Part shown: one piece after another, positions 35,745 to 46,470 of the stretch
How the letters are laid out: every line of letters starts with the position of its first letter
Numbering within the stretch: position 1 is the stretch's first letter
Assembly (NCBI GenBank): GCA_000934665.2
Contig: JYFJ02002622.1
Location: 1 to 53,747, forward strand
From: Catajapyx aquilonaris
Lineage: Eukaryota
DNA: 53,747 nt
Direction of reading: 5' to 3'
Translations under genes and position numbers: made by a program
Notes under the pieces: generated by a model
Databases searched by the model: none
Told to the model about the DNA's origin: nothing
Seen by the model: only the letters and a program-made list of their open reading frames with translations

Positions 35745-37294
35745 TATAGTTGAGCGGGGTCTAAAACTGCCACTGCTATTTCAGCTTGTGCAGAGCCAGG
35801 CATGTGAAGCCAGTAGTTATCACCATTCCCTCAACTTCGGTATGCAACATAATTTACCTGGTGTCACTACCTGTGTGTCAAGAAGCACGTGTGAGAGAAA
35901 TATGCTATTTAACTTTTGGATGTTTCCCCCCCACCCTTCCTCACCAAGACGTCATATGCCATGTGATATCAGAAGAACAATAGCCTTGATTTCTCTGGTC
36001 CCTGTGAGAATGAAAGAGATGGATTTGCTGTTATTTCACACTGGATCAGGGGTTCTCAGTTCAGTTGTTCTGTGACCTGATCACAAATGCGCATTGCATT
36101 GGCAAATGACTTGGCAAGGGGCCACTGTGGAAATTCTTTGCCAACTGAAAGTTTGGTGTGAGAACCTTAAAATATTTTAATAGACTCTGATGTAGTAGTT
36201 ATTCAGTATTACTCTGACTGTGAGTTTGCCTGGATGAGATGCTCTCGGCACACAATTTTCTAAGGTTAGTGCTTGCAATGTAGCCCCTGGCAGCAAATAC
36301 TTCTTCTCCCTAGGTTTTGAGCAACAGTAGGCTACACATTTTAAAAAATTGTTGTAATAATGACTTGAAGGCTAGTGGGCATATTAAGAGATGCCAATGC
36401 ATGATGAGAAATTTTGCATGTGGAATCACAAACTACAATAGGTGAAAGCTATCTCGATCAGCACATTGACTTGGGCAATTTTCAGTCTCTGATTGACATG
36501 TCAGGTTCATAAATCATGATGGCTTATTGCTGCCTTCCCAACTTAGCTGCCCAATCAATAAGAGGTGCAGGATTTCTGCATTGGGTGTAAGTTTACCATA
36601 TGGATGGCCGTCTTGACATTATCCCTTTAGCGCAATGCAATTTGGGATTCACCAATTGTCAGCCTTTGATCTGAACTTGGACAAAAATCAGGTATTTTTG
36701 GCACCAACGACTTCCTCCAACCATTGACATTCCTGATTGCTGACCAGCAGTGATGCCCTTTCACATTTCTGACATTTGTAAGTTCCCTAAGCATGGCAAC
36801 ATATTAATAGTGCAAGAAAGCGTGCTTGAGATATTGAGTCCCAAATCTCAGTTTCCTGAGCCCAAATCATCGTGACTGAATGCCAATTAGATTCAAAGTG
36901 CATTGGAACACACAGATGCACAAGATATCTAGTTTCTCGATCCAGTATGGGAACAGTTTTACTATAACTTCACCAAAGCAAGCTGTGAATAGCACTATTT
37001 TGGTGGGTTTGGGCAATTTTAAAAGACAACACCCCTAATACATCAATGGAAGTTGCACAGTTGCAGTGTTAGGTTCGGTTTGAATAAAACTTGCACTGAT
37101 TTGTTCATTTTTTTTTAAAGTAAGGGCATTGCTAGAGCCCTGCTGATCCAAATTGAGTACTGAAGTTCATTAGTAAAGTCAGCATCTTGGTGCTTGATGT
37201 AAGGAGTGGCACGCATTGCACACATGCATTCCACTGGCAGAAGTTGTCAGCATAATATGAAGCTTCGACAAGGTGAAGACAGTACTCTTCGCCG

Positions 37295-37517
37295 TACCGA
37301 AGCAGGTTGGCATAGTGGATAAGGCGTCCGCCTGCTAATCGGGAGGTCCTGGGTTCGAATCCCGGGGCCGGCAACCCTGACCGTGGTTTTCTGTGGTTTT
37401 CCACGGTCTTTCTAGGATAATTCCGGGGTCGCTTCCGTATAATAGGCCACAGCTTCCTTCCCTATCCTTGGAGGTTGAAAGGCAATGCTGGGTCAACCTC
37501 CCTAATATCAATTATAA
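37295..37517 (+). mobile_element. tRNA-derived SINE family B
   Basis: A-box TGGCATAGTGG and B-box GGTTCGAATCCC. 14-bp TSD AGTACTCTTCGCCG at 37281-37294 and 37518-37531. Confidence 0.88.
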
Positions 37518-37830
37518 AGTACTCTTCGCCGCTACATTCGTCACGAAGATTTGTAAACAGGCCATAGCTTTTCTGGCGCTTTGCGTCATGAGTTTTGAAC
37601 CTGTCAAGCATTTTAAAATACTTGTGGTGATGTGTGCTTCCATTGTTTGGATTGGAATTTTCATTGCAGGTGTCACAGTGGATCTACGTTTGTCATCACA
37701 GTAACGTGACAGGAAGTCCCATCACCATTAGTGTACTGCTCTGGACAGTTCCTGAAAAATTGTCAACTTTGGCTTCTTTTTTAAATATCTTTGTTGTTTT
37801 TGTAGGTCAAGATGGATCTTGACTGACAAT

Positions 37831-37910
37831 AAGAAGAGCGATTTCCCAAAACAAGTTCAGTCCCATATGTTGCAATTGGACTGAACTTGTTTTGGGAAAT
37901 CGCTCTTCTT
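37831..37910. repeat. Perfect 33-bp hairpin with a 14-nt loop
   Basis: AAGAAGAGCGATTTCCCAAAACAAGTTCAGTCC (37831-37863) and its exact reverse complement (37878-37910). Confidence 0.9.
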
Positions 37911-38379
37911 TTATTGTTGAACAATAAAGAGTCCTGGATGATGGTGAACAATGGATCAAACCTTTTCTCTGTTGAGTTCCTGCTCTTGAAAAATGTTTCT
38001 GACAACTGGTTACAACTTTACATAATAATTATTTCAAACCTTCAGCAACAAATAATGTTAGAAGTATGATGGGCACCTTTTTTTTGTTTGGTCCACTGAT
38101 ATTTTTCATGCAAGTAGTTCTTGATAGTGCCTACTAACAAGTGAAAGTTAGAATTATTATTGCGTTGAGATAGAGGTGCAAATTTTGAACCTGCAATCAA
38201 ATTAGGATTTTTTGGCATTCATGACAACTATTTTAGTTTACTAAAACTCATGTATTGAGCTTGACAATTGTGCAATTATTTTTGCACAATGTGACAACCA
38301 TTCTAAAGGGTGTTTGACAGTAGGATGACTCAAGTTCATTACAATGTCAGTTGTAGTGGAGAAAGGAGGGGATATAGTA

Positions 38380-38545
38380 TCCGACTGCTAATCGGGAGGT
38401 CCTGGGTTCGAATCCCGGGGGCCGCCGACCCTGACCGTGGTTTTCTGTGGTTTCCCATGGTCTCATCAGGAAAATTCCGGGGTCGTGTCCGTAATTATAG
38501 GCCACAGCCGCTTCCTTCCGTCCCTATCCCATCCCCATGTATTAT
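38380..38545 (+). mobile_element. SINE family B, second copy (5'-truncated)
   Basis: CTGCTAATCGGGAGGTCCTGGGTTCGAATCCCGGGG...CCCTGACCGTGGTTTTCTGTGGTTT is shared with 37331-37400. Confidence 0.8.
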
Positions 38546-40743
38546 ATGAGAAGTAAAAACGAAAGTAAGAGTTCCAGATTAAAAAAATATGGTGGTATCC
38601 CACCCCCCTAAGAGGGCCCATGGCTCTAGCACGGGGTACAAATTATTATTATTATATATGAGGGGTTGAGACCACAAATTGACTAAGCGCCGAGAGGTGC
38701 GAATGGAGATAATTAAACCTAAAGTTACAAATCCCTTACATGTCCGTAATGTAAATAGTCGGCGTGCTAATTAAATTTAGACAGGAAGGAGTTAAGTTAT
38801 CATATTGGAAATTAGTGCATAAAATAGAAGAGTTTTTCCTACGTTTGAAACTGCTGTTCACTCAAAATCGACGATTTTGGCGGTTAGTCCATTCGTGCGC
38901 ACAACCCCTCATATTTGAAAACTTGGGCACGAACTACCAATGCTATAAAAGTGATGAATAATTTTCAACTCATGCAAATTATGTTTAGGGTTATGGCACC
39001 TGTGTGAGATTATATTGGTGGTTCCAATGCATTGAAGCAATAATCACATTTATATAACATATCAACTCTTCTGTTGCATCTAGGATATGGAAAAACATGC
39101 TGATCTACTTAAACCCCAACATGCATGAGGAATTCTTTTATTTTAGAATTTTTGAATATTCAAAAGTAATGTTTAATAAAAATGCTTTTCTTGATTTCCA
39201 GTTTCATTTCCATACAAAACACAGTTCATTGGTATTACCTTGGTATTACTCTCCATGCGTAATAATTTACTGAGGCATTACCAAATCCCCTTCACTGCCT
39301 GTTATGCAAAGTTACTACATATGCAGCGGATCATTCCTCCTCTGCAGAACCTGCCACCGCCATCCATAGTCCTACATCCGAATAGACAAGCGTCATACGC
39401 ACACATTCCATTGCTGCAAAGAGGTTGCAACCTGCCTGTGAAAGTCAAACATGAGCAGCATACATTTCAAGTACTGAATACAATCATACAGTATAAGCCG
39501 TATATGCTTATGGCATTTTTCTAATATGAAGCAACATTGACACGAATCGCACCCTGTTGAAAGTTTACATACACCTGTCAGTAATACGAGCATATTTATA
39601 CCATAACATAATATCCGAAACTGTATAACATAACCAAACTACATCTGAATTTTAGAGAAAGTGTGCTAAGAAATAGAAGGACTGAAGTGTCTAAAATAAA
39701 TGACCCTCTGTGCTGTGAATGTGCATCCCAGAAACTACTGTACAGTCCCGAGCATCAAGTTGGAGACGGCAGGCCCTCCCCTTCGGCAGGGTGCTCTGCC
39801 AATCCCGGCCAATACTGCTGTTATAAATACACGAACTCATGCCTAAAGCAGCTAGCTCAGCCCAAAAGAGAGTCCATTAATTTGAGTCAGATAAAGGAAG
39901 GTCAAAGGACAAGCTAAGGAGTACCTGTGGCCTGCTGATGAGTACCTGCCCCCCCCCCCCCCNCCCCCTTGCTGCTGACGAACATGTGAATAACTGCAAG
40001 GTGCACTGGTCCAAAATGGTCAGCTTCTTGGACCTGTCCACTTTGACCTTGTCCACTCTGTCCATGTGCTTGTTGGTGTACTTTCCCAGTGTCAAGTGAA
40101 GGTGCTAGGGGTGTCTCATGCTCTGGTAAGCAGGGTCATCATGGTTCCAGATGTCTCCTTCTGTCCCGGTCAGGATGTGATAAAAGATGCTGAGTTTGGT
40201 CCTGGTCAGGATTTCAAGCTTCTCTATGTCAGGAAGTTGAAGACACCAACCAGAAAATGATGCTCATCAACTGGACCAAGGAATATAGGAAGTCAAGACG
40301 CCGAAGAGGTGCTTTCTGGCGAGGCCTGTCCAGGTCTGAAGCACTCCTTGTCCAAGGAATGGACCGTCACATAATTATATAACATTGCAGGTATAGCATT
40401 ATTAGTTTCATAATGTACACTACGGAAAACTTAGTCTTCTGATAACTTTGGTGAAGTGCACCCTCAGATTAAACTGCCTCATGCCAAAGTTGAGACTTGT
40501 GTGTTGCGACTACAATGCTTAGTTGTCAAGTCAAAATGGTCAAAACCACTTTGGACAAGGTCAGGGCTACCTCCCTTTGAATCCTCTGGTGATACAGAAT
40601 GATCTACATTCTACATTATTTCTCAATGATGGACACAGACTATGGGCAATATTTGTTTTTCTCCTCCTGTAGCCACAGAGAAAAGCCCACCTATGCCATT
40701 TCATAGAACATGGGCTAACACAAGCACTCAGACAAGTATACAG

Positions 40744-40856
40744 TAGGGTGAAGTGACATAGCTGACGCGTTTTGGTGTCGTCAGCCATTTTCATTGCAAT
40801 ATGGCGGCACAATATGTGCACTTACCCCGGGTGTGCACTTCCCCCACTTCACCCTA
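40744..40856. mobile_element. Small MITE-like element
   Basis: TIR TAGGGTGAAGTG / CACTTCACCCTA. Confidence 0.5.
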
Positions 40857-41080
40857 TATAAATTTCTAACACATGCAACAGCAGACAAAAAAAAAAAAAA
40901 ACCCTTCCCCAACTAATTGAAATGGCTCACCATTTACCCCCACATAATTATGACGATTGTTGGAAGCAAGATAAAAGTTTCGAAAATTGATTTTAGTAAC
41001 TCTCACACGTCACTGAACTTTCAAATGAAAGTAGCTTCATCCCACCTGCTAACTTGACCTATTAGTTCATGTAAATCAAA

Positions 41081-41328
41081 TGAGGGGGTGAAAATCAAAA
41101 ACCGACAGCTCCAGAAAATAAAAAAATGAGTTAGCGCCGGAAATGCATTCCTCATGCCATGGACTTCATAATACCTGAATATGGTATCAAAAACCCTACA
41201 TATGTACATGGGAATAGCCGCTAAATTCAGGTATTTACATCGACATATACGGGGAAACTGTAGGTTTTTCTCGTTTTTCTCCGTTACGTTTATGACGGAG
41301 CTGTCGGTTTTTGATTTTCACCCCCTCA
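41081..41328. repeat. Inverted repeat pair (MITE-like core)
   Basis: TGAGGGGGTGAAAATCAAAAACCGACAGCTCC (41081-41112) is inverted at 41297-41328. Confidence 0.7.
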
Positions 41329-41509
41329 AATATTTCTGTAATAATAATAGACATCACCTAGGGGAAAAAAATGCATCATAATTCCCATTGCTTTATACTT
41401 CCCTTGGACTTGGTTGGTTGGTTGTTACCTCAGGATAGGCCTGAGGCCTTTTACGAGATCCTCCTTTAATAACCCAATAATGTTCACTATAACATGGCTT
41501 TTGTAAATA

Positions 41510-41891
41510 CAGTGGAGCATCGATTATCCGAACAGAGTCTGCCAAGGGGGTGTTCGGATAACTGATTGTTCGGATAACCGATCATTTACGGAAAAAAAAT
41601 TGTACCGGTGTCATAGGAGCAATATGAAACTAAGAAAGTTATATTAACCACAAAACTCTATATTTTCTGTCACAGGCATGTCTTAAAAATACTGTACATA
41701 TACCTTACTGTCCTTACATGAAGCAGTCCTACAGTTTAGGGGGGGGGGAAAGGCCAATTTCTTTTGCTTGAGAGCCGAGGCTCGTTTTTTGGTGGCTAAA
41801 TCGCGCTTTTTTCTCTTTTTTTGCCGACCCGAAAACGTTCAGTTAACCGATGGTTCGGTTGATCGTGGTTCGGATAATCGATGCTCCACTG
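41510..41891. mobile_element. pogo/Tigger-like MITE, copy 2
   Basis: TA-flanked TIRs CAGTGGAGCATCGATTATCCGAAC. Colinear with 35068-35506. Confidence 0.88.
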
Positions 41892-42632
41892 TACATAAAT
41901 TTCTCAACGGCCCAAGAAGGGCCCATTCTGCTTCCTGGCTTTCTGGGTGCACTTTCTGGGTGCAAAATTAAATTAAAATTAACAAGGCAGTTTTCAAAAG
42001 AACACAGTATGTCAAATATCACAGTACATAAAACCTTTTGTCAATAATTGGTGCCATATTAGATTCAACGGTCAAAGTGTAACAATATGATAATAACGAT
42101 AAACTGCTTTCCAAGCATGTAAGCATCTATCCAAGATGAAAAGTTTGAATTAATTGTGAGGATAAATGTTAAAAATAATATCCAAAAAGTATGCTGTGAG
42201 TCCAATATTCAGTGACATCCTCAGAGGCAGTGGGGTAAGGAATTGAATTAAAAGTTCGCCATTGGTAGTAACACCATAATACCCTGCTTGGTACAAATTT
42301 CCATCTCGTTTTGAGGTCAGGTCAATAGTCAATTTTAAATTGATAGTTTTCATATGAAATGACCCTACACTTTTGCAAACAAAGTACCGATACTGTAAAA
42401 AAAAAAAAATCTTGTTGCAAGTACTTTAGTGATATGTGCTGAATCGAAGCAAACTGGGCATATTGTGGTCCAGACAGTGGATTGTGGCATACTGATAGTC
42501 AATAACAATCATAACTCACTGCAACAATGCTAGTGCAGTCCTTGTTTACCATCACCAGGCAACGAAACATTTACTCAGCCATTTGTTGACTAAACCTATC
42601 TAAATTTTTGCGCTTCCAAATTAGTCCTAAAA

Positions 42633-42752
42633 ATGAACACTAATAGTACCCCTAATGCTCAGACTCCCCCTACCCAGACGAGCAACACCAACCAGGCCAC
42701 CACCGTTGAAAACCCTGCACCCCTGAAGTGCTGCTACTGTGGCCTACCCCAG
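42633..42752 (+). CDS. Orphan gene exon 1: MNTNSTPNAQTPPTQTSNTNQATTVENPAPLKCCYCGLPQ
   Basis: AAAATG start context, 120 nt open, consensus donor CAG|GTAAGA at 42753, phase 0. Confidence 0.65.
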
Positions 42753-42954
42753 GTAAGATGTACAATATATTAACCGAGGTATTCGATACTGATACAAATT
42801 ATATTAGTGCCTGTATCATTATTGCTGGACAGTACGTACAGTCGTACATCCTTATGCACACTAGTTGAATATATTTATGCATGTAACAGCTTTATATACC
42901 TATGAAAAATTTCATTCACCTATTTAATATTGTTTTATGATTTTGGGTTTTCAG

Positions 42955-43014
42955 ACTGCCAAGCCAGGGACAACGTCCCCACCCCCGGCTCCTTTTGTTC
43001 CATCAATTGGGAAC
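42955..43014 (+). CDS. Orphan gene exon 2: TAKPGTTSPPPAPFVPSIGN
   Basis: ggttttcAG acceptor and GTGAGT donor; 60 nt, phase 0-0. A conserved paralogous exon lies at 3478-3537. Confidence 0.7.
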
Positions 43015-43108
43015 GTGAGTAAATTATGTGAAAATTACTTTGTAATAAGTTGGACTGTTTGTATCATCATTGCTGTGCAGTATATCATTAAGTATTCAGC
43101 TGAATATA

Positions 43109-43391
43109 CAGGGTGGTTTGGTTCCAATAACTCTGGCAAAAATCACAGGGTGGGTAGGGGCCCATAGGCAAGTATTTAGAGCTTAGGTACCCATGTCTGG
43201 AAATGCCCCTGTACGGGGGTACGGCCGTTTCCACCTTTAGTATGTTGCGCCTGGTGGGTAGGCGCAACAGAGGAAACGGCCGTACCCCCGTACGGGGGCA
43301 TTTCTGGACATGGGTACCTCAGCTCAAAATACTTGCCTATGGGGCCTCTACCCACCCTGTGATTTTTGCCAGAGTTACCATGACCACCCTG
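43109..43391. mobile_element. Tc1/mariner-type MITE in orphan gene intron 2
   Basis: TA-flanked CAGGGTGG...CCACCCTG with inverted arms of about 115 bp. It interrupts the AGCTGAATATA|TTTATGCA motif that is intact in the paralogous introns. Confidence 0.88.
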
Positions 43392-43471
43392 TATTTATGC
43401 ATATAACAGCTTAATTTACCTATGCGAAATTTCATTCCCCTATTAAATATTATGTGATTTTGGGTTTTCAG

Positions 43472-43522
43472 CCATGGACAATGATCATACCACCACCTGC
43501 GTTTATCCCGTCCTACGTCTAT
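43472..43522 (+). CDS. Orphan gene exon 3: PWTMIIPPPAFIPSYVY
   Basis: ggttttcAG acceptor and GTGAGT donor; 51 nt, phase 0-0. The flanking introns are homologous to those of exon 2. Confidence 0.65.
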
Positions 43523-43591
43523 GTGAGTATACATTGTGAAAATAACTTAATGTGATATGCATTGATGGAATTGTACAAAAAAAAAAAACAG

Positions 43592-43783
43592 GAGCCACCA
43601 GATATTGGCCAGTTATTGTCGAACAACTACGAGAAAAGGTACTACACAGAACTCGAACAGTGGAACCATGGGGGATTCTTTCAAGCCCAGGCTCAGGCCC
43701 AAGCCCAAGGTCTAGCTCAAGCCCAAGCTCTAGCTCAAGCCTGGAACCAGGAGAGGAATCCTGGCCCCCGTAATCGTCAGTGA
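43592..43783 (+). CDS. Orphan gene exon 4: EPPDIGQLLSNNYEKRYYTELEQWNHGGFFQAQAQAQAQGLAQAQALAQAWNQERNPGPRNRQ*
   Basis: In frame after cAG at 43590-43591 (weak, A-rich acceptor). QA-repeat tract and stop TGA. A possible 3'-UTR intron spans about 43809-43923, with AATAAA at about 44199 and 44212. Confidence 0.55.
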   Translation, partial: EPPDIGQLLSNNYEKRYYTELEQWNHGGFFQAQAQAQAQGLAQAQALAQAWNQERNPGPRNRQ

Positions 43784-44517
43784 TGTTCAAGCTGAAGAAT
43801 AGCCTACAGTAAGATCTGAGTCATAAGTATTTTAACCAGTGAATTGGCCAACACCTAAAATAATCATGCTTAGATGGCACAGTTATTATTATCAAAATCT
43901 TTAAATGTGACATTTCTTTGCAGGTACACCTATTGAAAAGCTCCTCCATCTTCAGGCTAGAGTGTACCACCCTAACTCAACACGGACATTACCACATTGA
44001 TATTTTGGTGCAAAGAATACAGGCGGTTATGAAAAATTGATGATTTTTATTGTTATCCTAAGTGAATTATTTCTTTTTTTTGTGGTTGTAACAGTTGTCA
44101 CTAGTATATTTCTGCAGTGAAAAGAAAATGGCTTTGGGAGTGTCTGAGAAAATAATAATGCATATTAATTGACTTGTCTGAATACAACATTTCATAGCAA
44201 TAAATAGGGGCAATAAAAGGATGCAGTAATTATATCCAGTGGAGTAACCAATTAAATTGTATATATAAACAGTTCTTCGTTGATTTCTAGCATATTATCC
44301 TATTTTTGCTTCCAGGATAGCCTCAAACAGCCGTGTTCTGAAATTAGCGAAACTAGTATAATTCTCTTGATGTTACAACAGCAGCAGCTAAAAAGTTTCA
44401 GATGCACAGTCACAAGTGTAGTGATTTTTTCTTCTCTTATGTAAGCATGAACGAAGTAGACTACCATCTAGTTGCAAATAACTGTGATCCACAAGTTGAA
44501 TTTCTTAATTTATTGCA

Positions 44518-45450
44518 CAAGGTGTACTTCTCTAGGTAGTGTCTTCAAAGAGAACCAACTATATTTTTCTTCCCACTTTACCTATAGAAACATGATGTTT
44601 GGTTTACAACTTACCTTGGGCCATGGGAACATAACACCATTCACAATAAAAAATGCTGATGTCCTCCACCGACATCCAGATACACTCGAATATGATGCTC
44701 CACGTTTAAAAAAAAATTGATACCTCGTGATAGGCCTCCTTGGGCCTCTTAGGGGATCATCTTTTCGTGAACAGTCTGTAACCATTGCCTGGACTGTGAT
44801 GGATTTTGATTGTGGGAGGAAACGGGAGAACCCCAAGAAAACCCATGGAAACTCAATCCACATAAGTATCCTCCATCCGTCCTGGGGATCGAACTCGGGA
44901 CCTCAGAGGTGGAAGGCTGCGGCACTAACCACTACGCCACCATGTCGCCCTATGATGCTCCACATTGTCGAAGGTCCTCCACAGCATATCCTCAAAAATT
45001 GGTACAGATTGATGCACTGATGTTGCTTTCCAGGTCTCCTAACATTGAGGAAGCACAACTCTTCAAATATCCTCTTTCGCAGGTGGAAACAGAATACCCA
45101 GTTTCTTGTGACAAATGTCGTAGTGACTTTTTAGGTGATGCCAGCCACCTACACTTAAACTGGTCCATTTTTTCTTCCACTAAAGGACATTTGCCACTGT
45201 ATTGGTCCAAAACACTCAGTGCAGTAATCCAGACTATTGATGAGGATATGCATGTGCTGTGGAGGACCTTGATAATATAGAGCATCACATTCGAGTGTCT
45301 GGATGTTGGTGGAGGACAATACCAGCCTTCATTGTGAATGGTGCCACATAACCATGAACTAAGGAACTAAACCAAACGGAACATTTCTAGGTGGAGTTGG
45401 AAGAAAAATTTAATTGGTCCTTTGGGGGCACCACATAGTGAAACACCCTG
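44518..45450 (-). mobile_element. Degenerate Tc1/mariner (maT-like) element
   Basis: Diverged TIRs of about 180 bp ending in CACCCTG. Minus-strand HTH remnant SPKKSLRHLSQETGYSVSTCER. Confidence 0.75.
44704..44950 (-). mobile_element. V-domain-like SINE nested in the mariner element
   Basis: Same head (GGGCGACATGGTGGCGTAG) and core as 3606-3809. 13-bp TSD TATGATGCTCCAC at 44691-44703 and 44951-44963. Confidence 0.85.
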
Positions 45451-46118
45451 CATTATGAACCCTCATGGCAACAATATTCATGGTGATGGACGATAACAAA
45501 AATTTAGTGCCAAGATGCCAAGATGCCAAGAATTCCTCTTTTGCTCAACTTAGATGCATTTTAATAACTGCTAGGAACAGCCCAAAGACAAAAGGATTTG
45601 CAAGTTTTAAAATAAATATCACCTCCCATCGGAATTGTTTTAAAAATTTCTCGAAATAACTTTGTATATTAACCCATCTATTTCATTAAAAAATAATATA
45701 CCATATCTATGAGCAAATTCTAATTTTAATAAATTTGCAAATGATTGTTTACAAGCAAGAGTTGAAACAGTCGTTTCTGTGCAGGAAAGGAGGATATCAA
45801 GGCGGGTGGGGTGAATCTCAGCCTTGTGAGTGGGTGGCAGGAGAGGGCATGACCTGTGTGAGAGGGGAGGGAAGAAGTGTCCCCCCATTGCATTGCCGGT
45901 TTCACGTGGAGTCTCAGGGACACGTAAAGAAATTTGAATTTTTAAACAATTCTACAATTAGCTTTATGATTATTATTATTTACAGCGTAAAGAAGGAGCT
46001 AGCATGCTTGTTCAAATATATCGCTACGAACTTCCATCACTTCCTTCCCCTGCCGCAAGGACCCAAGCTACGGCTTTTCTTATAGAATGATGCAACCTTG
46101 GTCAAACTCCTGGTACCT

Positions 46119-46470
46119 AGGGGAGGCGAAGTGGCGCAACGGTAACGTTCGCGCCCACGGATGTTAAGGTCCCGGGTTCGATCCCGGCCCGGGGACACCC
46201 CCTTCATCTCGTGCAGAGTAAAGTGTCGTCTCTGACTTCGTCTCGGGTGGAATATCCACAGACTAATCCACCCGGGGGAGCTCACAAAACGACCACATGC
46301 GGACAAGGCACTGCACTTGCACATCCCCTCCTGTCATCTCTTCCTGCCCGTGGGCCCGGGCGCTATACAAATAGGAACCAGTTGTAGTTGATGTTTAATA
46401 ATAAAGGTCCGGCAAGACCCCAATAGGGGTACGCATACACCCAATTATTATTATTATTATTATTATTATT
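46119..46470 (+). mobile_element. tRNA-derived SINE with (ATT)n tail
   Basis: A-box TGGCGCAACGG and B-box GGTTCGATCCC. 15-bp TSD AAACTCCTGGTACCT at 46104-46118 and 46471-46485. Confidence 0.9.

Noticed and set aside
10676..46470. SINE heads as functional tRNA genes (10677, 19714, 32441, 37300, 46119)
   Set aside because: Acceptor stems are incomplete, the heads continue into repeated bodies and simple-repeat tails, and most are flanked by TSDs.
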